Shown here piece by piece: positions 20,601 to 28,694 of a DNA stretch of 64,000 nt; the stretch's first letter is position 1; each line of letters opens with the position of its first letter. Origin of the DNA: an uncultured Planctomycetota bacterium (GTDB lineage Bacteria > Planctomycetota > Planctomycetia > Isosphaerales > Isosphaeraceae); the NCBI GenBank assembly GCA_963823665.1, contig CAWGMQ010000004.1:1600001-1664000 (forward strand), given 5' to 3'. The position numbers were made by a program, and so were the translations under genes. The notes under the pieces were generated by a model. It searched no databases, was not told where the DNA came from, and saw nothing but the letters and a program-made list of their open reading frames with translations.

Positions 20601-23267
20601 GGAAGCGGTGCCGTACGTATCGTTCGGCAGCGTCGTGGGGCTCACGACGGGCTTCTGTACCTCGAACGCACCGATGTCGACGCTCCCGCCGCTGATGCGG
20701 GGGAATCCGCGCTGGTCGGTGGTCAGGGGATTACCCGATGCATCGACAGCCAAGGCGTTGCTGCCCCCGTCGATGGCGGCGCTGCCAGGCAGCAGCGCAA
20801 TGGTCAGAGTCGGTCCGCCGTTGTCCGTGAGCGTGCCGAGCCCGGGGTCGACGACGCCGACTTGGTTGCCTGCGACGTCATTAACCAGTCCGCCGGAGCC
20901 ACCAATTCCGACCAGGTTGTACGCACTGACCGGAGACACGGTGCCAGCGATGTCATCGGGCGTGGCGCCACTTCCGGTGCCGATGTTGTTGAGTGCGATA
21001 ATCGTGTTGTTCAGGATGGCTGTGCTCGAGGTGACTTGCAGCCCCCCGCCATCGCTGGCGACGTTGTTGTAGGCAATGGTGGAATTGGTGACCGTCAGCG
21101 TGCCATCGCTGTAGACGCCGCCGCCGTCGCTAGCGGAGTTGCCGCTGATCGTGCAGTTGATGAGCGCGGTTGTACCATCGTTCCCCACCCCCCCGCCGCT
21201 GTTTGTCGTTGAGTTTCCGGAGATTGTACAGTCGGTGAGCGTCGCCGTCCCTTTGTTATACAGGCCGCCGCCGTCGAGGCTAGTCGAGCCGTCAGTAATG
21301 GTGAGTCCCGAGATGTTAGCGGTCACGTCGGAGTCGACGTCGAACACGCGGCTGTCTCCTCCGCCGCTGATCGTCAGGCCACTAGTCGGACCGACGATTG
21401 TTACCGTCCCGCCGGTATCGCTCAGCTCGAGCTGGCCCTGCGTCAGGACGATCACCTGCGCTGCGGCGAAATCGAAGGTGATCATCGCGGCAGCGTCAAG
21501 CAAGTTGGCCAGGTTGACCGCCTGGCGCAAGCTCAGCTCGCCCGAGGACAAGCCGCCAGTTTCGTCGCTCGAGGTATTCACTACGAGGTCGGTGTGAGTC
21601 TGGAAGGCCCCGATGTCGGGGGGCGAGTCGAGCGGCTCGCCACGTTGGTCGGTGGTGATCGGCGTAGTCGTGCCTGGATAATCGGCGACGACGCCGTTGC
21701 CGATGGCCGCGCTGCCGGGAAGTAGTGCCATCGTCTGCGTCGGGCCGCCGTAAAATCCCAAAGTCGCGAGGTCCCGGTTGCCTGGGCTGGCGAAGATAAT
21801 GTGGTTGGTGCCGTTCTTGAGCCCACCGTATCCACCCGGTCCGACGAGGCAATAGCTGCTCGAACTACTGACCGATCCGTCGATGTCGCTGGGGGTGGTT
21901 GAGTTTAGCAGCGTGTTGCCGGAAATAATCGTATCAATGAGCATCGTTCCAACTTTGTTATACAGTCCGCCACCCGCGGCGGCCAAGTTAGCACTGACCG
22001 TGCACGCCGTCAGTGTCGTCGTGCCGATATCATAGATGCCGCCGCCATCCTTCGCGGCAGAGTTTCCGCTGATCGTGCAGTTGGCCAAGTTCGCATCGCC
22101 CTGACAGTGCACGCCGCCGCCGTTCCCGCTGGAGGAATTGCCATTGATCGTGCAGCCGGCCAGGTAGGCCCGCCCAGAACCGCCGACTGCGATCCCGCCG
22201 CCTTGCCCGCTGGAGGACGAGTTGTCGCTGATCGTGCAGTCGGTCAGAGTGGCCTTGCCGCCGCCCTCGTCGAGGCCGCCGCAAAATGTTGCCGTGTTTC
22301 CGCTCACGCTGCTGTCGGTCAACTCGAGTGCACCACCGTTGTTCCCAACGCCACCGTCGTTGCGGCCTGTGTTGCTGCTGATCGAGCATTTGGTCAAGTC
22401 CGCCATACCGGAATTGTATAGACCGCCGTTATACTTCGCGTTGTTGGAAGTCAGCGTGCAGCCGTTCATGGTCAGGTTGCCCGAGCCGTGGTTGTTCACG
22501 CCGCCGCCGGAATCCCCGGCGTGGTTGCCGCTGATTGTCGTGTTCGTCAACGTGGCCATGCCTCGGTTGTCCAGGCCGCCGCCGTAGTACCCGTCGGCGT
22601 AATTCTTTGTGACGGTGCAGCCAGCCAAGGTCATCGTGCCTCTGTTCTCAAGGCCGCCGCCCGTCCCAGTCGCCTGGGCGGCTGACGCGGTGTTACCGCT
22701 AATTGTGCAGTCGCTCAGAGTTGCTTCACCGTTATTCCACAAGCCGCCGCCCTCGTTGCCCTTGGTGGTGTTACCACTGATGATGCAGGAGTACAAGTTG
22801 ACTGTGCCGAGATTGTAGAGGCCGCCGCCGGGAGCGCCCTGAGAACCTCCGGTGATGGTGAAACCCGTTATCGAAGTGGTGACCTCCTTGTCGATCTCGA
22901 GAACTCGGCCGTTGCCGCCGCCGCTGATCGTCACGCCCCCCGCCGGGCCGTCAATCGCCTGAGTTCCGCTGGTGTTGCTCAGCTCGAGCTGCCCTTGCAG
23001 TGTGATCGTCTGTTGCGAGCCGATAAACATCGGAGCGAAGGCGATCGTGTTGGCAGTCAAATCCGCGTTGGCTTCTGCGATTACATATGGCAGCGTGCCG
23101 GGGCTGTTGGGGTCGTTGCCCGTGTTCATGACCGTGAGTAACGTTAGCAGTCGGCGCTGCTCCAGCTCCAACAGCCTGGGCCGTAAACAGCGCCGATTCA
23201 GCCGCCGCGGTCGCAAGCCCAAGATCCAATCGCGCCGCCGCCCGAAACCGGATGAGTTGTGAGTCAC
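17694..23267 (-). CDS. Giant extracellular protein: LExRxLL N-terminal motif, two beta-helix (choice-of-anchor Q-like) regions, Ig/MBG domains, tandem YDG domains, Lys-rich Ig-like C-terminus
   Basis: LLELEQRRLL; many GGGLxN / TISGN repeats; LLPGSAAI and TDQRG...DIGAF twice; DKVYDxTT repeats. GAGG RBS before GTG 23267. Confidence 0.85.
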   Translation of the reverse strand: MTHNSSGFGRRRDWILGLRPRRLNRRCLRPRLLELEQRRLLTLLTVMNTGNDPNSPGTLPYVIAEANADLTANTIAFAPMFIGSQQTITLQGQLELSNTSGTQAIDGPAGGVTISGGGNGRVLEIDKEVTTSITGFTITGGSQGAPGGGLYNLGTVNLYSCIISGNTTKGNEGGGLWNNGEATLSDCTISGNTASAAQATGTGGGLENRGTMTLAGCTVTKNYADGYYGGGLDNRGMATLTNTTISGNHAGDSGGGVNNHGSGNLTMNGCTLTSNNAKYNGGLYNSGMADLTKCSISSNTGRNDGGVGNNGGALELTDSSVSGNTATFCGGLDEGGGKATLTDCTISDNSSSSGQGGGIAVGGSGRAYLAGCTINGNSSSGNGGGVHCQGDANLANCTISGNSAAKDGGGIYDIGTTTLTACTVSANLAAAGGGLYNKVGTMLIDTIISGNTLLNSTTPSDIDGSVSSSSSYCLVGPGGYGGLKNGTNHIIFASPGNRDLATLGFYGGPTQTMALLPGSAAIGNGVVADYPGTTTPITTDQRGEPLDSPPDIGAFQTHTDLVVNTSSDETGGLSSGELSLRQAVNLANLLDAAAMITFDFAAAQVIVLTQGQLELSDTGGTVTIVGPTSGLTISGGGDSRVFDVDSDVTANISGLTITDGSTSLDGGGLYNKGTATLTDCTISGNSTTNSGGGVGNDGTTALINCTISGNSASDGGGVYSDGTLTVTNSTIAYNNVASDGGGLQVTSSTAILNNTIIALNNIGTGSGATPDDIAGTVSPVSAYNLVGIGGSGGLVNDVAGNQVGVVDPGLGTLTDNGGPTLTIALLPGSAAIDGGSNALAVDASGNPLTTDQRGFPRISGGSVDIGAFEVQKPVVSPTTLPNDTYGTASSQTITATETGSAGGPYTFAITAGALPVGLILATGGVLSGVPSVTGMFSFTVTATDSGGFTGGQPYTIIVNPAPLTVTPSTGQSKFYGSAVPSLTYTTVSGFVNGDTSSLLTGELGTSATMASPVGKYAFTPGTLSAGGNYTLAVVTNPPTFAVTPAPLTVSGITARDKVYDTTTHATLVGLGTATLNGVIGVDSVTLVTAGAVGTFASKDAGNDIPVQISGLSLSGAQASDYSLIRPATTATISPASLTVSGITASDKVYDATTTATLFGLGTATLNGVIGVDSVTLVTAGAVGTFASKDAGNDIPVQISGLSLSGAQASDYSLIQPATTATISPASLTVSGITASDKVYDATTTATLFGLGTATLNGVIGVDSVTLVTAGAVGTFASKDAGNDVPVQISGLSLSGTQASDYSLSPPAATATISPASLTVSGITASDKVYDATTTATLFGLGTATLNGVIGVDSVTLVTAGAIGAFASKDAGNDIAVQISGLSLSGAQARDYSLIPPAATATISAASLTVSGITASDKVYEATTAATLVGLGTATLNGVFVGDSVTLVTAEAVGTFASKDAGNDIAVQISGLSLSGAQASDYSLIPPATTATISAASLTVSGITANDKVYDAATDATLAGLGTATLTGVIAGDSVSLVTTGAIGTFASKDVGNGVSVVVSGLTISGAQAFDYALIPPTTNAKIIARFLTASLTGTVERTYDGTIAADLLPGNFILSGVLPGDSVVLNDPSAAVYDSKNAGTGKTVSVSGLTLTGPDAADYQLSSTSIRGAVGEISTAPLTITANSQTKVYGAAIQTLTASYSGLVNGDTPATFTTLPTLSTTASTFSPVIAGGYAITASGAIDPNYAITYEPGILSVTRAATEVVLITEPVFKKKHKLVSVGLTAEVQPVAPGAGLPTGTATFDVQVKVKKKLVEKKLGTVSLKGGSGTLSVKPNSVSKKPITVIYGGDADFAASTSP
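18518..20138 (-). repeat. Intragenic tandem array of six 270-bp (90-aa) YDG-type repeats
   Basis: gtcgttgccggcgtccttggacgcaaagg recurs at ~18879, 19149, 19419, 19689, 19959 (exact 270-bp period), with a more diverged copy at ~18610. Confidence 0.95.
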
Positions 23268-23716
23268 AGGATACCTCGAACAGAGCAGGTCGCTCGTGAA
23301 ACAGCAGAGATCTCTGCACAAATCTTCAAGTCTGGGGCGTCGAAGCCTACGATGGAGAATCTCAACGGGAGCGCAAGCCGCAACCGAGTCTCACCTTGCT
23401 CTCCAGATGCCGGATCGCGCACGATACTTTTGAGGAAAGAAACGGTTTCACGCGCGAACCTTGATGCTCCTCGCGTCGAACCTTATGATAGGACCACTGA
23501 ATGCGCGGAACGCCGGACGGCGCTTAGACTTCCCGCTGAGCATTCGGGGACGAGGAAGACCAGAACGCGGCGGCGGCATCCGGGCTGGCCGGAGCGTCAA
23601 CCGAATCTCTTTCTATTTGGAGTACGGAACGCGTAAGCGCGATTTCCGAAGAAAATCATCTGACTGTATAAGAGTCGTGCGATGCTGACTGCGTCCGCGC
23701 GGGGGAGCGCTCAAAG

Positions 23717-24355
23717 ATGAAGCTTCTCGAAGACGTATCGACGAGTCCTACGCTTCTGAGGGACGTAGGCGACTGGGGTAACCATCCCGCATGGCTGGCG
23801 TTCCGCGACCGGTACGATCCGCTGCTTCGACGCTGGTGCCGGGGCTTCGGCCTCGATGCGGACGGTATCGATGAGGCGTGCCAGCGCATCTGGACCGAGC
23901 TCGCGGATCGGATGAGAACGTTTCGCTACGATCCCACCCGGACCTTTCGCGGTTGGCTCAAGTGCCTTTGCCGCTGCCGGGTCATTGACCTGCTGCGAGA
24001 GCGCCGTGCAGATTACGCCGTGAGCCTCGACGCTCGCGATGACGAGCCGTCAGCGAACGAACGCGAGACCGTTGTTTCCCTCGCGTCAATCGAACCCGGC
24101 CAACTGGACACGGACCCCCTTCATCTCTTTCTCCGTAGCGAAGCCGAGTACGTCCAATCCGCAGTCAGGCGCCGGGTGCAACCCCGGACATGGGATGCTT
24201 TCTGGCTCGTCGCCGTGAGTGACTGGACCATCGCCCAGACGGCCAAGGCGTTGGGAATGACTCGCATCGCAGTGTACGCAGCCACGCAGCGTGTGAGCCG
24301 GATGCTCCGAGACGAAGGACTGCGCCGGTCGGAACGCTGGAACACAATGCGGTGA
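23717..24355 (+). CDS. ECF-type sigma-70 factor (STSPTLL type, kinase-associated)
   Basis: STSPTLL...AWLAFRDRYDPLLRRWC...FRYDPTRTFRGWL; WDAFW...TAKALGMTRIAVY (region 4). Confidence 0.85.
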   Translation: MKLLEDVSTSPTLLRDVGDWGNHPAWLAFRDRYDPLLRRWCRGFGLDADGIDEACQRIWTELADRMRTFRYDPTRTFRGWLKCLCRCRVIDLLRERRADYAVSLDARDDEPSANERETVVSLASIEPGQLDTDPLHLFLRSEAEYVQSAVRRRVQPRTWDAFWLVAVSDWTIAQTAKALGMTRIAVYAATQRVSRMLRDEGLRRSERWNTMR

Positions 24356-24382
24356 AGCATCCTTTGCCAGGAGTGTTCGATC

Positions 24383-26769
24383 ATGTCCCCCTGCCCGTCC
24401 GAATCGACGCTGAGGTGTGTCGGCAGTTCCGCGATCCCGGATGATCGATACGCCGCCATCGAAGAGCATCTCGAGGAATGCGAGCACTGCAACGCCGCGC
24501 TGGAGCGCCTCGTGCGTGCCGGTCTCGTAGACCCGGATAACTTGCCCAAGCGCGAAGAATGTCCACGTATACCCGGATTTGAGATCCGGCGGGAGTTGGG
24601 ACGTGGTGCGATGGGCGTGGTCTACCAGGCGTGGCACCCCCCCTTAAGCGCTTCGTGGCGTTGAAGATCGTTAGGAGTGGGCCGAACGCAGGCATTCGTG
24701 AGCGCGGTCGCTGGCTGCGCGAGGCGCGAGCGTACGCATGCGTTCGGCACCCCAACATCGTTCCTCTGCACGACGTGGGCGAGGCTGGCCCCTGGCTTTA
24801 TCTGGTACTGGAGTACATTTCAGGAGGATCGCTTAAGCATCGGCTCGAGACCCCCTATGCCCCCGCAGACGCCGCCCGGCTGTTAGAGACGATCGCTCGG
24901 GCCGTCGCTGCCGTCCATTCCGGAAACCTGGTCCATCTCGACCTCAAGCCATCGAACATCCTGCTTGACGTTGGTCCCGAAGAGTCGCGGGAGCAGGCGA
25001 CTCCCCGGGTCGGTGATTTTGGCATCGCTTACCGCTGGAGCGATCCTGATCTCAGCCTGGCGACGCAGAGCCAGTCAGGCCCGCTTGGAACGCCCTCATA
25101 TATGGCGCCGGAGCAGATCACAGGTGATCGAGACGCGATCGGACCGCCGGCTGACATCTATGGGTTGGGCGCGCTGTTGTATCATGTGCTTACAGGACGC
25201 CCCCCTTTCTCCGCCGCGTCGGTCGTTGAAACGCTCGAACAGGTTCGCAGCCAGGAGCCGGTGCCGCCGCGACGGCTCGTTCCGCAGATTCCCCGCGACC
25301 TCGAAACCATCGCGCTCAAGTGCCTAGCGAAGCATCCTGCGGGCCGCTACGCCTCGGCCGAAGCCGTAGCCGTTGACCTCCGCCGCTGGCTGGACGGCTG
25401 TCCGATATCAGCACGTCCGGTATCGCCGATCGAGAAGGTCTGGCGCGGGTGCCGCCGCCGTCCGGCAATCGCGGCACTGGCAGCTTTGCTCTCGCTTGCG
25501 ATCTCGACAGGCTTGCTCATCGCTATTCTGCTCTGGCGGCGTGCCGAAGCGGAGTGGAACCGTACCCAGGACGAGCTAGCCTTCATTAGCCGACTGCTGG
25601 AGGAAATCTCTTCGGTCGGCTCGAATTCATCGGGGCACCTCAGGGTCCTCAACCGAGACGAAGTCAGCTCAGTTCTTGAGCGAGCAAGAAACCACCTAAT
25701 CCGCCAGCGAATGCAGCGTCCCAATGATTTGGTGATACTTCGCCAACTAGCCGATGCGGACATCGCTTTGGCCCGAAGGTATCTTTCTCAAAAGAAGTTG
25801 AACCAGGCTCGGACCTTGCTCAACGAGAACCTGGAAACGTTAGATCATATCGAGCGGCTTGAGCCAGCGGACCTGAGGTCGCCACGCCGCAAGCTTGATG
25901 CACACTCGCTATTCGCTGAAATCGCTGAAACGGAAGGGAGGAACGAAGAGAGTCTTACGCATCTCAGCCGAGCCGTTGCTAGCGGCGAGGAAAGCTTGCG
26001 CTTCATATCGGACCCCAAATTAACCATTAAGGTTGCGTACTTGCGCTGGTGGCTCGCCGAGATTGTTCGCCGCCGAGGCGATGACGAAGTTGCGAGGTCC
26101 CTGATCTTGGCCAATCTCGAGATGCTTGACGAAGTGCCCGAAGCCGCGGCCAGTCCGGCAGTCACGATCTGGCGCACACTGGCGCGAATCGACCTCCGCG
26201 AATTCAAGGCCGCCATTCCACCTGTGCTGACGTCCCAGCCCCAGCAACCCGATCCGTTCACACGGCTATCCTCCCCTGCAACAGACTCGCTGGATGCCGA
26301 AAACTGGGCGGACTTGGTAGCCCGATGTTTGAACTGCGCTCTCAAGCCCGTCGTCCCTCCGGATCGGCATTTGTGGAACTTCACGGACTATTTGAGCCAA
26401 CGCATCGCACGGCAGCGCCGGCTTGGCCGGATCGATGAGGCGCGGCGTTCAGCGAGCCGCGTGCACGCATTCGCCCGCCTGATGGTCCTACGGTTTCCGG
26501 GCCAACCTGTTGCTCACCTTGCGATGTGTGAAGCATTTAAGCAAATGGCGAAAAACGCCTGGGAAGTGGACGATCGAGTTGCTGTAGAACACAACTGGAG
26601 GCTGGCGATCGACGAGGCCCGCCGTGCATTGTTCCTTGATCCCAATGACACTCGCGCCGGTAGCGAAGTGGCCGACCTGCAACACCGGATCGACAAGCTC
26701 GTTGCGTCCAAATCATCGCCAACTAACCAGGATCTCACGGCGCGGACCTCCAGCGAGACCGGGCGGTGA
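24383..26769 (+). CDS. Ser/Thr protein kinase with N-terminal HxxxCxxC (ZAS-like) motif, TM helix and helical/TPR-like C-terminus (frameshift in C7 run 24637-24643)
   Basis: CPSE...HLEECEHC; ELGRGAMGVVY in ORF 24383-24664; VALK, HLDLKPSNIL, DFGIA, GTPSYMAPEQ, IPRDLETIALKCL in ORF 24631-26769. C8 would restore the frame. Confidence 0.85.
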
Positions 26770-26831
26770 GAGAGCGGTAAGCCAGCGTCGCTCATTGAAA
26801 TTTCCCACTGGACAATGCGCCCCGGACACCC

Positions 26832-26859
26832 GATACTGATAAAAGGCATTATCATCCAA
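26832..26859. other. Candidate tyrosine-recombinase core site
   Basis: gatacTGATAA-aaggca-TTATCAtccaa (TAA-N6-TTA geometry), ~60 bp past the integrase remnant's stop. Confidence 0.45.
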
Positions 26860-26915
26860 ACACTGGATGACGGAATGTGGATGGAAATCGCTCGCCGGGC
26901 AGGAAGCCGCCCTGT

Positions 26916-27038
26916 TCACACCGAAATCCTGTCGACAACGCTGCGCATAATTTTCTTCCGCCGGCGGTCGTAGAGCCGCGTCGTGCGCGGGTCAACATGG
27001 CCCGCAAGGTTTTGCACGTCTTCCAGCGGCACGCCCTG
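26916..27038 (-). pseudogene. C-terminal remnant of a tyrosine recombinase/integrase
   Basis: QGVPLEDVQNLAGHVDPRTTRLYDRR (box II His and catalytic Tyr); the rest of the gene is absent. Confidence 0.85.
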
Positions 27039-27506
27039 ACGCGGAAAAGGACGCGGAAAAGGTGTCAGGAACCGATCATTCAAAGAATGGGTCAAACGAT
27101 CACCACAGCCAGCCTCGACACCCTCAGTGCCCGCAGCCCAGGACAATGGTGTCGCGCCGGTGAGTCTGGCCTCAGCGCTGGCGATCTTGGTATACCAAGA
27201 GAGACGTTCAGTCCAACAAAACAAACACCTGCTCGACCAATGCCATGAGTTCCCAAGACGAGTCCAGGATCAACCTCGGTGACCTGATCCAGACGCTCGT
27301 TCGTCAGCTCGACGCAGCGAGCCTTGTCATGACGGGTCGTGCAGTCGGCACGGCAGGCGTTCGAGGCTTGGGAGCGCGTCAAGGAGACCGACAACGCGCG
27401 GGTGTACCTGGCTTGCTTCCAGCTCTGGAAACGTTGGGACGAAGATCCGCGCTGACTGCGCGGCCCAAGCGGCAACGACACCTTCGCGACCTCGCAGCGC
27501 CGAGGA

Positions 27507-27746
27507 GCCAAACGCGACTTGCGCGGCCGCCTTGCCCTGAGACCAGCGCCGTCGGCAATGCGGTGCAGCGCGCACAAGCGAACTCACCCGACCTGCCGCT
27601 TGCTTGAACATGCGACCGAAGTCACGCACCGTGTGCACCCAATTTGATCGATCCACACCCGGCCGGTCCAGGATGGGAGCCAGGTCGTCTGGGATTGCCC
27701 CACGCTTGTCCCGCCTCAATTCCCGTCCCGTCCAATCGAGCAGCAT
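27507..27746 (-). pseudogene. C-terminal remnant of a REP-associated / IS200-like (RAYT-type) transposase
   Basis: LLDWTGRELRRDKRGAIPDDLAPILDR.G...W...VRDFGR.F..AAG, recognised from memory as the tail of this family; no HUH domain present. Confidence 0.6.
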
Positions 27747-27751
27747 CACCC

Positions 27752-27780
27752 TTGACTTTCCGGGCAAAAAGTCTGATACT
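27752..27780 (+). promoter_or_regulatory. Sigma70-like promoter with embedded inverted repeat (putative operator)
   Basis: TTGACT (27752-57), 17 nt, GATACT (27775-80); GACTTT-N8-AAAGTC at 27754-27773. Confidence 0.65.
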
Positions 27781-27808
27781 GGCAGGTGAAGAAACGGAGG
27801 TCCTCGCC

Positions 27809-28234
27809 ATGCCAGATTTCGCTGGTGCTCTAGGTGCCAGTAAAGCCGCATCGGCGTTACTGGTGCTGTTTATTCGCAGCAAGGATCGCCGCAACAAAGC
27901 CATCGACCAGCGGTACTGGGTTAAGGAAACGCTGAATGTGCTCGGCACGTTGTTCGGCGGCGCAACTGCCTTTCCACGCGGCGAAGGCGTTTGGCGTGAC
28001 GACGCCCAGGGCGGCAAGCTCTTGTTTGATAATCCGGTTGTCATCCAGTGCTACACCAGCGAGCATGTGATTGACCAGCAGATGCCCGCGTTACGGGACT
28101 TTCTCCACCGCATGGGCAGCGAAGCACGGCAAGGAGCTGTCGGACTGGTTATCGACGACGATTACCTTGAGATTGGCTTCCCACTGGAAGAAACCCCAAC
28201 GACCCGGCAACCGAAAGGTAAGAAACGGAGGTAA
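27809..28234 (+). CDS. Hypothetical protein, 141 aa, DUF3574/PII-like fold suspected (putative toxin)
   Basis: GGAGG RBS at 27796-27800; FGGATAFPRGEGVWRDD..GGKLLFDNPVVIQCY...MGSEARQGAVGLVID. Confidence 0.75.
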   Translation: MPDFAGALGASKAASALLVLFIRSKDRRNKAIDQRYWVKETLNVLGTLFGGATAFPRGEGVWRDDAQGGKLLFDNPVVIQCYTSEHVIDQQMPALRDFLHRMGSEARQGAVGLVIDDDYLEIGFPLEETPTTRQPKGKKRR

Positions 28235-28240
28235 ATCAAC

Positions 28241-28573
28241 ATGGCAAGAAACATCGACAAAATCGCCGCCGGTCTGGGCGCAAAGGTCGTCAGCAAAGTG
28301 CCACACACCGGCGGCGGCGCCTTCGGCGCAGCAAGGCTCGCCCGGATCGTCGCAACCATTCAAGCTCGCCTTGAGCCTGGACAAGGCATCCGCCCAGGCA
28401 GGCCAACCGACCCAAGCTGGGTCCGGCATCCCAAAGTGCCCATGAGCGACGCCACCAGACAGCGGCTTACCCGCCTGGCAGAGCAGAGCAGCACAAGCGG
28501 ACGCAAGGTAAGCCCCATGCAGATCGCCGCGCAAATCCTCGAGGATGCGTTGACCGGAATTCCAGAGCGGTAG
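28241..28573 (+). CDS. Small protein with C-terminal ribbon-helix-helix-like DNA-binding domain (putative antitoxin)
   Basis: GGAGG RBS overlapping the end of the upstream gene; GRP motif, strand PKVPMS, helices DATRQRLTRLAE and SPMQIAAQILEDAL. Confidence 0.75.
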   Translation: MARNIDKIAAGLGAKVVSKVPHTGGGAFGAARLARIVATIQARLEPGQGIRPGRPTDPSWVRHPKVPMSDATRQRLTRLAEQSSTSGRKVSPMQIAAQILEDALTGIPER

Positions 28574-28694
28574 CCGCTTGCGCGGAAACCCCTCGATAGA
28601 AGCGCGACACCACCTCCATGTCCCGCGCCACTCACTTCAGCCGCGCGTGCGATCTAGCCATCTTGTTTACGCGCTCGGTCGTGATCGAACGCCA

